A stretch of 64,000 nt of DNA from Eledone cirrhosa (GCA_964016885.1 OZ024744.1:37882001-37946000); one strand, 5' to 3'; shown: positions 13,268-26,499, counted from the stretch's first letter. The notes: generated by a model not told the origin, from the sequence alone. A program made the numbers and translations.

Positions 13268-13689
13268 GTATCTTGTTTAGCCTATGAACTTTTCAGTCGG
13301 CCCTCGTATTAAAAGATGTAATTGCAATAAATAGTGTGTGTTTTTATTTTATTTTATTTTATTAGGCTAACATGTCTCTTCTAGATGCAATTCAATAATT
13401 TCTGAAATAACTACCAATTCTTTAAAGAAATTCGAAGAGGAATACATTCAGTTGAATAGAATTCAAAAGTTTCTGATTCAGCCTGCTCTAGGAGTACTGG
13501 TATTGTATGGCCCAGTAATTCCTGATGGAATCGAAAGGGCGCCATATTGACATACATACGGCGTTTCTTGACATTTTAAAGCCTGGCGGAGACCATCCTT
13601 CTCCAGGCCTGAGTTCAGTAGATGTCTTCCAGATTGGGGGTGAGAGGGAGGAAATGAAAAAGTGATATAAAAGAAAAATCGTCGCCTGT

Positions 13690-13838
13690 TCTAGATTGGT
13701 ATTTTTTTTATCAAATTCGAAAGGATGAAAGGCAAAGTTGACCGCGGTGTGATTTGAACTCAAAGAGCCGAGAGCCGAAAGGAATACTGCAAAGCGTTCT
13801 ATTCAACGTTCTAACGACTCTGTTAATTCGCCGCCTTT
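13690..13838 (-). mobile_element. SINE family A, partial
   Basis: aaggatgaaaggcaaagttgacc...gatttgaactc...ttcgccgcc. Confidence 0.75.
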
Positions 13839-14994
13839 CTGTAGGAGTAAAAGATACACGAAATGTAGATCAGTTTTAATATGAGATACCAATTTTTGAG
13901 GACACAAGTATATATATATTATTTTTTTTTTCAGTTTTTACTGAGAAAGTTTTCATATATTCACTATATTTCAGACCGGAATTAAATTCAAATCGAAATC
14001 TTCACCTGAATATCAAATTAAATAATAATCTTTGGTAATTAGTTTGTTACTTTTAATTTCTTAACTGAAATTAATTTTTTTAAAAGTACTAATATTTTAC
14101 AGAGATCAAATCAGTTTTCTTATAAACTTTTCTATGTCCCATAATCCGCAACATAAGGAGGCCGTACAATGTACCTTTCATTAATCAGATAATCTGGTGA
14201 CATTACTTTTCTCAAATTGATCTTGGCTAAAAATAAATCAATATTTTATTTGGAGATAAATAAATTCAAATTTATTTTTTGACATTTTTGTTATCAGATA
14301 TATCCGTAAATGGATAGATAATATGATTAAGTTCTCGAAATGGAAATATAGAATATCTGGATTTTGTTAAACCTTTCCCAAGTAAAAGGTAAAGCATCTT
14401 ACAATTTGGTCAAGCATTCAACTCACCTTGATTTCGCATTCAACCCTACGGCGATTGAATATATAATTATTGACTCAGTTATCAATTGATCTTGCATTTT
14501 GCGAAAAGCCTTAATACAAATAAGTGGCTTGCATCTACCTCAGGTCAGAGAATCTTGTGAAGTAGCTAAATGTTATTTCAAATATTAAAATAACTGCATT
14601 CTACTAACGTAATCGAGGAATTTGTTTCTTGAGGTTATATTTTCCGCTATGAAGCACAATACGTTTCAAGGAATAAAAAAAGTATGATTAAACACGTCGC
14701 TGGCAAACTGATTCGATGCGTGTAAATTGAATATCTATAATCGAGCTAACAAAAGTTTAGGGGATAAAATTGGGTACTTGCGCATGAAAAGAAATTATGA
14801 AATCAAAACAGAAAAATAGTGAAAGATATATAAAACAGAACCACAACCCCAGAGAGACTCTCTATTGTGAGGGGAGAACAATAAGGCAAAAGATGAAATG
14901 TAACCATATTAATACGCCACTTTTCAAAATCATAAGAACTGTGAAACCGGTAAAGTAAATAAATACATATTCTTAAAAGACTTCAGTCTTTTCC

Positions 14995-15066
<72 letters not shown>

Positions 15067-15099
15067 GGTAAACAGAAATAACAACACAATCGGTACAGT

Positions 15100-17700
15100 A
15101 TATGGAAAGAATATATTAGGTTAACGCTTGATATAGCAGGAAGAGGGTCTTAACGTACGTTTCGGACGCTAGTCCTTCATCAGAAGAAAGAAAATAGATT
15201 GAGGGGACGGGCTGGATGGAATTGGAAAAAATGTCTTTAGATAAAAATGACAGACCATTCATGTTGACATCTCTTGCAAAACTGTTGGTGCTGGCAATTT
15301 GTGTATGATTTGTTTTTTAGAAAAGTGGATGATGGAGCGCGTCTACCTGAAATGGGGAAAAAATGTTTTGTAAAAAGAGCTATATTTGAGCACATGCGTA
15401 AGCATGTGTTTGTGTGTGTGTTTGTATGTGTGTGTGTGTGCTATTATAGGTCCGTACGAAGCTAAGAAGAAATATGTGTGTATATGTGAGTAAAAGAGTG
15501 TGTGTGCATGTAAATACGAAGCTATGAGCAAAAGTATGTTAATATAAGGGTGTGTATGTGTATATACAGAGCAGTAAAGAAAGGTGGAGTGAGCATATAT
15601 AATCGGCATGTATTAGTTACAATAGAAGCTGCTAATGATCAAGAGAAAGCGATAGGAATCTAGGGGTGTGATAATGGACGGGGTATTAGAAATTGGGGAG
15701 GTGAGTTGAGTCCAAGAAGGGAATAGAACCCAAGGCGGTGAATCAGAATTTATTCCATCCTGGTGCGCGAGCCCGTGATCCATGACGTAAAAGGACACCC
15801 AGGCTGAAACATGTAGGGAAGAATGACCAGGAGAACAGAAATGACGGGCGACAGGAGTATCCAAACCGAGTCTGATGTCCCTCAAATGTTCGTCAAAATT
15901 GTCCGCTATACGGCGTCATGTTTGTCCGATATATAAAGACCCGCAAAGGGAACACCGGAGGGCATAGACAATGTGGGTTGATGTGCAGGTGAAGGAATGG
16001 TGGATACGGAAAGACCCGTTAGGGCCTGTAAGAGTGGTGATGGTGGAAATAAAGGGACAAGTGTTGCAGCGGGAACAGGAACAAGGATGAGAGCCAGGTG
16101 GAGTCGTGGGAGAGGAAGAAAAGGAACTGCGAACCAGGAGGTCACGGAAGTTGCGACGTGCTTAAAACCAGTAATGGGTGGGTTTGGAAAAAAAGCGAGA
16201 AGTGACGTGGTCAGAAGAGAGGATACAGAAGGAATAGAGGATATGTTGCCGGAGTGGAGGGTGATGGGGTGGTAGGTGAGAAGGAAAGGAACACGGGCGT
16301 TGGGAGGGTGGGGTTTGGTGAGAGGGTTGTGGTGCGGTCTGTTTCACGGTCACGGGTGAGAGCAGCTTGGATCAGGGTGGGGGGATATCCGTGCTGGATA
16401 AAGCAGGAAGCCATGCGAAGGGAATGGGTTTTGAAATCGTCGTCGTGGCTACAGAGTCGACGAAGACGGAGGAATTGGGAATAGGGTATGGAGTGTTTGA
16501 TGTGGGTTGGATGGGAGGAGGTGAAGTCGAAATAAGAGTGGGAGTCTGTTGGTTTAATGAAGATGGAAGTAGAGAGGGTGTGGTGATAGTGATTAATTGA
16601 TAGAGAGATATCTAGAAAAGCGACAGAAGTATCGGAGATGGAGCCAGTGAAATTGAGAGCAGGATGGAAAGATTGGACAAAAGAAAGAAAACAGTGGAGC
16701 TGTTCTCGTGATAGAGGGGTGGCGCCGATACAGTCGTCAATATAACGACCGTATAGCTCAGGAGTCGGTCCAGCGTACTGGGAGAAAATGTGAGCTTCGA
16801 CGTAGCCAACAAACAAGTTGGCATAGATTGGACCCATTCTGGTTCCCATCCCTACCCAGAGACCTGCTGGTAAAGTTCACCCGAAAAAGAAAATCCATTG
16901 AGGGTGAGAACAAGCTCTGCCAGAGGGAGAAGAGTGGTAGTGCTGGGGTAAGGGGTAGGGCATACATCTAAAAAATGTTGGAGAGCGCGGAGGCCGTCAT
17001 CATGAGGGATGTCAGTATAGAGAGAAGTGATGTCCAGGGTAAAGAGAAGGAGAGGTGGTCCAGGAGGAAAGGAGAAGGAGTTGAGTCTAAGGGCATGATT
17101 GGTATCCTGGGTGTGGGAGGGGAGATTTCCGACCAACGGGGCGAGGATGGTGTCTAAATATTCAGAAATTATCACGGTGGGGCAGTTGTACGCGGAAACG
17201 ACAGGACGACCAGGATTATTTTGTTTGTGTATTTGGGGGAGGAAGTAGATGGTGGTTGTGCGAGGGGTGCGTACAATAAGGTTGGTGGCTGTGAGGGGTA
17301 GGTGAGAGGAGGAGATGAGCTGGTCGATGGTGGAGGACACGAGTTGTTGGTAGCCAGAAGTGGGGTCGGAGAATAAAGGGCGGTAAAAAAGGGTATTGTG
17401 AAGCCGGCGGGGAGCCTCAGCCCTATAGGGGTCAAGGCTCCAAACCAGTACAGCGCCACCTTTGTCAGCGGGTTTGATTACAATGTCATCGCGACGCCGA
17501 AGGTTGCGAAGAGCGGAGAGCTCAGTCCGCGTGATGTTGGAGTGACGAGAATGCTGGTGGAAACGGAACCGATTCTCAGTACGCCGTCAAGTATCGACAA
17601 AGGAGTCGAGGGTGCTGAACTGGCCAAAGCTCGGCGCCCAATGTGATTGCCGGCGACTGAGACGAGTGAAGTCATCCGTCTGTGTCGATGATGGCATGTC
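15100..17700 (-). mobile_element. Penelope-like element (RT plus GIY-YIG; linker resembles Neptune type), frameshifted, with 3' pseudo-LTR
   Basis: YFLPQIHK.NNPGRPVVS, LDITSLYTDIP, MGTRMGPIYANLF, RYIDD, KPTDSHSY..SSHP, HIVYALRCSLC..LYIGQT, TPVARHF. Hammerhead downstream. Confidence 0.92.
15148..15187 (-). ncRNA. Minimal type-I hammerhead ribozyme
   Basis: tctt-CTGATGA-a-ggac tagc gtcc-GAA-AC gtac GT-T-aaga. Confidence 0.8.
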
Positions 17701-17742
17701 GTGAAAAAAAACTTTCAGCTTTAATTGACGCAAGAACCCTTC

Positions 17743-17847
17743 AGAGTCGAACACGACGGCTGAGCTCTTGGCGTTTCTACAGCTAGTTCCAGACAGTCTG
17801 GTACTAGCTGTTGTAATGGAAAGAGCTCAGTCGTCGGGTTCGACTCT
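17743..17847. repeat. About 105-nt fold-back hairpin element (second copy 49887-49998)
   Basis: agagtcgaac..cgacggctgagctct / agagctcagtcgtcg..gttcgactct. Confidence 0.85.
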
Positions 17848-17931
17848 TTATAATATAACCATATTTTACAGTCCCAAGTATCGAGTACTCTGTTGAGTAA
17901 TGGGCTAACTAGTTTCAAACTGAATCCATCC

Positions 17932-18119
17932 TAATATTATAATATTATGAATTGGTCGATCTAGTAAGTTCTTTGTTAACTTCGGTGGGAAGTTTTTTAA
18001 AGATTAACTTTCCTGGAGAAATTTCACGCATTCGTCAGTGGCGATTGTGAAGCTGAAAGTTTCTACCGAAATTAACAAAGAAATTACTAGATCTACCAAC
18101 TCATAATATTATAATATTA
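17932..18119. repeat. Inverted repeat, arms about 65 bp
   Basis: taatattataatattatgaattggtcgatctagtaa / ttactagatctaccaactcataatattataatatta. Confidence 0.85.
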
Positions 18120-18211
18120 TAAAATTAAATCAAATTGTTTTTAACTATAAGTGAAGTCATTCTTTTCCTTTTTTTAAATATACCTAACTGTACCAAGGAT
18201 TTCACACATTT

Positions 18212-18321
<110 letters not shown>

Positions 18322-18387
18322 ATCCTAGGTTCAATCGGGGGCAACCACAGTATTTAAGGTACTCACTATATAGCAGAGTATAAATAA

Positions 18388-18496
18388 TTAATATAGAAAT
18401 GGCTTCTACAGGTCTGGTACTGTTTCATCAGGGCTTTCCTAATGATTTCCTTCGAATGAAACAGTTCTACTCCAGTAGAAGCCATTTCTATATTAA
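18388..18496. repeat. Fold-back hairpin
   Basis: ttaatatagaaatggcttctac / gtagaagccatttctatattaa, with inner actgtttcat / atgaaacagt. Confidence 0.85.
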
Positions 18497-18531
18497 ATGT
18501 AAATATATAAATAAATATATGTATGTATATA

Positions 18532-18570
<39 letters not shown>

Positions 18571-19981
18571 GTGTGTGTGTATAAATATATCAATGATATT
18601 AATAAATGGAATCTATATTTATAAAACCATATTTATTCTATTATATATATTTCAAGGGTACCAAAACTTTGGTACGCTCTCATCGGATAAAATACGAAGT
18701 GTGCTTTATAAATATTGACATATCCAGGAAGAAGATCTTAACGGTTCAAGTTTTTCTTGGATAGTAAAAGGAAAGAGGGGAAAGCGAGGAAAAATCAAAT
18801 ATTTCAAATTATTAAGATGAATATGCAAATGAGGTTGAGGTATAGGGCTGAAAAAACGTTATTTTTAGACGCTAGGTAGATTTAGATAATTACTAGGTTA
18901 TATATGTGAATGTTTAGGAAGAAGAAAGAGAAAGAATGAAAAGCTTGTATTTACGTGAATTTAAAAAGATTGAAATGTTAAGAATTAACAGTTTGTTAGA
19001 ATGGTGGAATATGATTCCAGAATTTAAAAAATATTTGGCTAAATTATGAGTTATAATATTGTATATATAATCAATTAGATTATATGAAGAATTATGGTTG
19101 TAAGTATATTTTATCTTATTATATTGCAACAGGTTGTAAGTATATAAATATCTATATAGTTTAATAAGTGTATAAATATAAGTATTATTGGTGATTATAT
19201 AGATATAAAAACACGTATTAATTTTTTATATTTCTAATATGAGTTACGAAGGATGTTGATTTTACATTTTACATATATATTTAAGAAAGACGTAGTTCAA
19301 ATTGTAAGAGAAGAACAATTTGTAGATTCAAATATTCTCATCCAACATTGAAAATATTTTCAGAACATTGTTAATTTAGCGAAATTATATAATTTATCAT
19401 TCAAGTTATCATGTCTATGTTTGCTCAATTGTAAAGGAAAAGATAACTACAAACTATTAAATTTGATGAATAATTTTCATAGAAAATGCGGAAAGTATGT
19501 AGAGAAAATTATATATTATTTTGTGTGAGATTATAAAATATTTTAGATTACATGTTTTCAAGGATGAGAATTTCAATTATATATTATTTACGTCGAAAAA
19601 TGTGTTGAAAGATTAAAGAGAGGAAAAATGTATTATTAGATAAGTCGAGAGTGCATTTCAAAGAACTATCGTAAAGAGGATATCTTTCAGAATGTTAATT
19701 AAAGAGTATCAATCAAAAAAATATATATATAAATCTAAAAAATAGATTAAGAAGAGTATCATTAGTAAAAGAATATCAATTGCTAAAAATACTAAATTTA
19801 AGAAGGAAGATCATTTTAAAATGATTAAGTTTTAAAAAAAAAACTCTGTAAGTAACAGGATCATTTTACAGGTGTATAAGATGTAGTCAAGTGTCGAGTG
19901 CTTCGAATCAGTTATAAATATATATATTTGTTGAATTACCAACAAATTAAATATCCGTTTGGTTATATATATATATATATA

Positions 19982-20970
19982 TAGAAAAAAAGATGAAATC
20001 GAAAATGCAATTGGAGTCTTATTTTAAAAAAAAATATATATATTTATTTGGTTCCTTTACCGGTTTCGCAGTTCTTCTGCTTTTCAAAAGTAGAGTTGAG
20101 ATGAAGGGTCTGTAGTTTTTCTAACATCTGGTTGGTCTCTGAATATTACTTGTTTTATATGGAAAAAGTGGCTCGAAATGCCAGGTTTTTCGAGAAGTAA
20201 TTTGATTGGTTGGTCAATAATTATAATAAATTTCGCGCCAGTTCGCGTTAGAAAGTTCTTCAAACAAGGGGGGGGGGGTCACAGGTTGTTTTTTCATATA
20301 TGAGTGTTTGAATTTCTTTTTAATTAAAAAAAAAAAAAAGGAGGCTCACGAAGACTTTTTTTTAATAAACGTAATTTGATTGGTTATAGATGAAATTTTT
20401 GCTGTCGCGTGAACAAGTTTTCATTAAATTTTCGCGCCCTTATTTGGAAATCCATTCTGTAGCCTTTTTAGAGAATTTTATGATAAGTTAAAGATAATGG
20501 TCAAGAGAAATGGGATGGGAGAATTGTTCTGGTTCAGTGAATATGGTTAGTTCGCTGGGGTGTCAGAATTCAGATTTTCTATTGAATAAAGAAAGTAAAG
20601 ATATGTATGTTTATTTGTGTACTTGTGTGTGTGTGCGTGTGTGCGTTGTGTGTGTGTGTTTGAATTTCTTTTTACTTAAAAAAGAGGGTCTCACGAAGGC
20701 TTTTTTTTTTTATTAAACGTAATTTGATTGGTTATAAATGAAATTATGGCTGTCACGTGAACAAGTTTTCATTAAATTTTCGCGCCCTTATTTGGAAATC
20801 CATTCTGTAGCCTTTTTAGAGAATTTTATGATAAGTAAAAGATAATGGTCAAGAGAAATGGGATGGGAGAATTGTTCTGGTTCAGTGAATATGGTTAGTT
20901 CGCTGGGGTGTCAGAGTTCAGATTTTCTATTAAATAAAGAAAGTAAAGATATGTATGTTTATTTGTGTGC

Positions 20971-21006
<36 letters not shown>

Positions 21007-21260
21007 TGGAAGATGATTCTATTAGTAGAAATGGGGGAGGGAGTTGTGTGTGCGTGTATATGTGTGTTATGTCTGTGTGTGTGGGAGTATGTTAAGATGG
21101 AGAGAATATATATTTTCTGTGTGTGTAGGAAAGTGATTCTATTCGTAGAAATGGGGGAGGAAGTTGTGTGTGTGGGTGTGGGGGTTGTTATGTGTGTGTA
21201 TGGGTGTTATGTGTGTGGGAGTATGGTTAGCATGTTAAGATGAAGAGAATATATATATAT

Positions 21261-21293
<33 letters not shown>

Positions 21294-21797
21294 GAAAATG
21301 ATTCCTTTAGTAGGAATATTTTTGAAGGAACATATTTTCCTTACTTATTCGTATTTGTCCTGTTGTATTGTCAGTGCAAAACTGACACCCCAGCGAACTA
21401 ACCATATTCACAGAACCAGAACAATTCTCCCATCCCATTTCTCTTGACCATTAATTTTGTCATAAAATTCTCTAAAAAGGCTACAGAATAGATTTCCAAA
21501 TAGGGGCGCGAAAATTTAATGAAAACTTGTTCACGTGACAGCCACAATTTCATTTATAACCAATCAAATTACGTTTATTAAAATAAAAAAAAGCCTTCGC
21601 GAGACCCTATTTTTTAAGTAAAAAGAAATTCAAACACACACACACAACGCAGACACACACACGCACACACACACAAGTACACAAAAAAAATACATATCTT
21701 TACTTTCTTTATTCAGTTAAAAATCTGAATTCTGACACCCCAGCGAATTAAAATAAAACTCCAGTTGCATTTTCGATTTCATCTTTTTTTCTTTATA
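19982..21797 (-). mobile_element. Non-coding composite element: terminal inverted repeats, hammerhead, two tandem ~350-bp units and an inverted unit (pLTR-derived)
   Basis: 19982-20028 is the reverse complement of about 21749-21797. Tandem units at about 20304-20654 and 20655-21000; inverted copy at 21383-21748. Confidence 0.65.
20055..20090 (-). ncRNA. Minimal hammerhead ribozyme, U3-A8 core variant
   Basis: ctt-TTGAAAA-gcag aagaa ctgc-GAA-AC cg GT-A-aag. Confidence 0.65.
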
Positions 21798-21852
21798 ATT
21801 TCACTCGTATAGGACACCTCGGTTATTTTTCATTTTGTAAAAAAACCCTCAC

Positions 21853-21916
<64 letters not shown>

Positions 21917-22339
21917 ATCTGTAACTCTTTAACATTTACACACAGACGCAATCCATTCCCTATTTCAGTCATGTTGATTGTTACAAGTTCATTTTCCAAT
22001 CACGAATCCTGGGTTCTAATTCTACATTTGTTCCTATAAATGTTTATTCCTTCAGGATTACTTATACTTGTAAACCTGCACGGCATTTGTAAATGTGCTG
22101 AACATTTATGTAATAGAAGTATATATGATTAATATATCATGATTAGCTTTATTGCATTTCACGTTCAATAATCAACATAAACTATCAGGTTTGGTTACTC
22201 TCGTGCAAAGCAAACTCTTAATGCATCAAAGCACAATTTACCGAGTTTGTATGATTGTTGATATATCCAGTAACCCTGCTACATAAGATACAACTCCTAG
22301 GTTCTCAAATATATATACATTCAACGTTAATACAATTAT

Positions 22340-22908
22340 GGGTGGTGGATTGGAGGTATCGGTAGAGCGTCACATACCATGCTTTGTAGTAAAGAGTTAC
22401 GGCCCTTTATAGTCTGAGTTCAAATACTAGCGAGATTAACTGTCTTTCAACCTGACAGGGTCGATAAAATAAAGTACCAGTAATGCACTGGGGTAATTTT
22501 TGGCCTTGTGCCTGAAGTAGTAAAACAATTATTATCGCCGCTAAGGGACCATGCTTTGCAGAATATAGTTATGGCCCTTTACGGCCTGAGTTCAAATATT
22601 GCCATGGTTAACTTTGCCTTTCATCCTTACGGGGTCAATAAAATATGGGTACCAGTAATGCACTGGATTCGATTTAATTGACTTTCCTCTCCCCTAAAAT
22701 TGTTAGCCTCGTGCCTAAATCAGAAGCCATTATTAACGACACTTTTGAGAAACCATTTTGTCGCATAGAGTTACGGCCCTTGCCATTCTGAGTTCAAATC
22801 CCGCCGAGGTTAACTTTGCCTTTCATCCTTACGGGGTCGATAAAATAAAGTACCAGTAATGCACTGGGTAATTGCTGGCCTTGTGCCAAAAGTAGAAACA
22901 ATTATTAT
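22340..22908 (+). mobile_element. Three head-to-tail SINE family A copies
   Basis: Three gagttcaaat B boxes (about 22415, 22588, 22790), each followed by the core and a ttgtgcc/tcgtgcc tail. Confidence 0.85.
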
Positions 22909-23165
22909 TATATAAGAAACCATTATTAACGACGCTAGTTTTAAATATTTAACAACGTTCAATTTCTCATCGTTCCTTCGAGATTCTACTCCAGAGAAAC
23001 GTCAACTGCGAAGCGGCAAACAGAACTCAAATGATTAAACACATAAACTACCTTACGTCTCTCGTTGAAATTCTGACTTTTTTCCATCAAGATTCTCACT
23101 GCCGGATACAGTTCGCAAATGTTTTTTTTTTTTTTTTTTTTTTTTGTTATTTATTACTTATTCAG

Positions 23166-23285
23166 TGAAGGCGTGTGGCTGAGTGGTTAGAGAATTGGAT
23201 TCGCAATCGTGAGGTTATGAGTTCGATTTCCGGACGATGCGTTATGTCCTTGAGCAAGACACTTTAGTTCACGTTGCTACTTATA
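23166..23285 (+). mobile_element. tRNA-derived SINE family B
   Basis: A box gtggctgagtgg, B box gagttcgatttcc, then gtccttgagcaagacactt. Confidence 0.75.
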
Positions 23286-23431
23286 CCTGGAGTTGCGACC
23301 GATAGATAGTATTAGCGATTGGAAAAATCAAATGAAACATTGTTTCCTCGGTCCGATTTGACGAAAGTCGATCCTTCCTTTTTTATTACTTATTCAATCC
23401 AAGGAAGAGAAGAAACAGCAATATATGTATA

Positions 23432-23533
23432 CAGGGTGTTCCCAAAAAATGTATACATACTTTGATCACCTGTACAGGCAATATCTATTAGAATGCTGTT
23501 GAGGTATGTATATATTTTTGAGAGGACACCCTG
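23432..23533. mobile_element. Tc1/mariner MITE
   Basis: TA-CAGGGTGTT...GACACCCTG-TA termini with internal symmetry. Confidence 0.8.
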
Positions 23534-23879
23534 TATATATATTAAAAGTAAGACACTATAAATACATTAATGTAAATAGCATTGAATATTTATTCGTAGG
23601 ATGTATTATATGTAATATAAATAAACCATCCGTGTGTCTGTATATTCAATATATATTCAAACAAGATATTGCCGTCCAAGTATGGTCGATAACATTATAT
23701 AAGTTTGCTGAACACTTAAGATAAAAAACGATAGATTATGACGAATACCTAAAATAACACTATTTAAACAAGTGTTTTATAACGACTCTCACAGTTTGAT
23801 TTTAAACTCAACATTCATATCGCTTCTATATTGTACATTATAAACGGATTCATTTCCTGCTAGTGCTATATCAAATTTA

Positions 23880-24255
23880 ATTCATTCATTCATTCATTCA
23901 TTCATTCTTCTTCTTCTTCTTCTTCTTCTTCTTCTTCTTCTTCTTCTTCTTCTTCTTCTTCTTCTTCTTCTTCTTCTTCTTCTTCTTCTTCTTCTTCTTC
24001 TTCTTCTTCTTCTTCTTCTTCTTGAGAGGGTCGTGGGAGCAGAGTCCTCAAAGCTGGTCCTATCAGGAGCAACCGTCTCCAACTGATCCGATTGGATCCA
24101 CAACCATCTTGCTCGGGGTCTACCGGTGGGTCTCCTACCTGTTGGTTTTGCCCATAAAATCTGTCTAGCGATTCTTTGCTGAGACATTCTAACCACATGC
24201 CCATAGTATCGGAGCTTCTCAACTCAGAGAAGTAGCGGCTCTACCTGGAGTGATT
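23880..24255 (-). mobile_element. RTE LINE 3' fragment with (GAA)n/(GAAT)n tail
   Basis: GHVVRMSQQRIARQILWAKPTGRRPTGRPRARW followed by a long (GAA)n tract. Confidence 0.8.
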
Positions 24256-24593
24256 CAAATACCGCCGAAATCAGTTTTTATCTTTCATCCTTCCCGTATT
24301 AATAAAACGAAGTACCAGTCATGTAGTGGTGCCGAATTAATCAACTTTCTTTTTCTCGAGACTTTGTTGACCTTGTTCGACAATGATTTCGAAAATCAGC
24401 ATGCAGTAGTTTTAATGAAAAAGTAATTGAAGAGCCAAAACGGAGAAAGCAGGCTTTGCTAACATTAGATTTTATATATGTTGTAAAGGTCCTTTTTATA
24501 TATACCTGGTGCGCTTTTCAAAAACCTTTTTTTAAGGGATCTTCCATATATAATGTAATCTGTATCGAACGTTTTATAACGTCCACACTTTTT

Positions 24594-24645
<52 letters not shown>

Positions 24646-24660
24646 CAACAGTGATATAAA

Positions 24661-24707
24661 CAGGTACGCAAGTTTCGTTGGGTTCTAGACCCATTTTCTT
24701 CAGTCTG
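24661..24707 (-). ncRNA. Hammerhead ribozyme motif
   Basis: caga-CTGAAGA-aaa tgggt ctaga accca ac-GAA-AC ttgc GT-A-cctg. Confidence 0.6.
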
Positions 24708-25500
24708 TCATGAGAAAAAATATATATATATAGGTATAAATCGAAGTTGTAGCCACAATATAGCAGATATCAATTGAATTGTTGGAGGCAGTCATAAAGC
24801 ACTCACGGAGAAAATATTTAATACATTTTTGTCCAGAGGGAACACAAAGTTAAGAAAGTTTGACATCAAGTAAAGCGACTAAATGCATCTGGTCATACTT
24901 ATAGCACAACTAGGATAAATACAAACAGGTTGAAGACTAATCAGGACCGACCGCAGATAGCAATTCATAGAAAAAAATCGTCGATAGGCTTCTGGAGTTC
25001 CTGGAAGCTGCACTACAAGCATAGGTGATAAATGTACTTCCATGATGGAACGGGAGACTCCGTCATCGGCAGGCTTTGTTCCGTATTATCCAAAGTGTTA
25101 GTGCCGGGAGGCAGGGTGGCATTCTTCTATAGTAGTAAATTCGCTTGTGTCATCACGTAACTTTTCTCAAAAGAGGAAGTTCAAGTTGGCCGAACAGTTG
25201 GCGAGTAAATTGAGGTTGTGATGTGAACAAATATATTTTCACAGCCTCAAAAAAAAAAAAAAAAGCTCTCAACTGGCATTTATGAACAAAATCAAACGAA
25301 TACATGAAACCAGAAAAATAAAATAATAATAATAAGTATAAATCAAAGTTGTAACCTATATAAATATATTTTCTTCCTGGGTAGAAGAGATATTAATCTC
25401 GAAATATAAGGACATATGAATAAATTAAGGTAAAAGATCACTCCTCCTTCCTTACGGCTTAATTATTTATCCATCCAATCCGTACTGTCATGGCTTTCAA

Positions 25501-25890
<390 letters not shown>

Positions 25891-25891
25891 T

Positions 25892-26499
25892 GTCAGGTCA
25901 CCAGTTGGTGCTACTGGTAACATGTATTCCAGTACAACCTGTCCCATGGTCGGGTCGTTGGCGACTAAACTGGCAACCCCACCAAGGTTTCTTGGTGAGG
26001 AGGGTGACTTTGGACATCCTGCAGGACTAAAAACAAAACCTGTCAAAAGGCAAAGGAGCTCTTAAGAGTCAATGGCCATCCAAAATCACCGGGAGAGATG
26101 ACCCCTTAGCCTTTGTCAAGGCAGAATTCTAGGAGAAGGAAAACTCTGATATAACACCTGCAACCCTGATGGTATCCAATGATGTTGACTTGTTCTTCTT
26201 TTTGGTAAATATCATCTTGGTTAAGAGAGTGGGACTGGCTTTGTGCAGTGCCTTTGCTCACTATAAAAGCTTCACGGCACAGGCATTGCTTTATATCTGG
26301 AGATCTCTCTGCATTTGTCGTCACATGGTACCATGGGCCCAGCACTATGTGTCAATAATTGTCACAAGTGTAGTGTTTGTACCAGAGCTTTCAAGTCGCT
26401 GGCTGGACTAAAAAGTCACACTCGTTCAGCGCATCAGTAGGGGTTCTCCTACATGGATATAAAGTAGTGGCCGTACTCGAAAACGAGTTGGCAGCCACC

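Noticed and set aside
13488-13640. Possible exon (one frame gives KCQETPYVCQY, similar to a C-type lectin end)
   Set aside because: Weak splice sites, the frame closes quickly and other lectin motifs are absent
18650-19840. Possible decayed L1-type ORF2 (FSWIVKGKRGK)
   Set aside because: A single weak motif in very AT-rich sequence cannot support a call
23166-23245. tRNA-like A and B boxes
   Set aside because: No proper cloverleaf, and it continues into a SINE body
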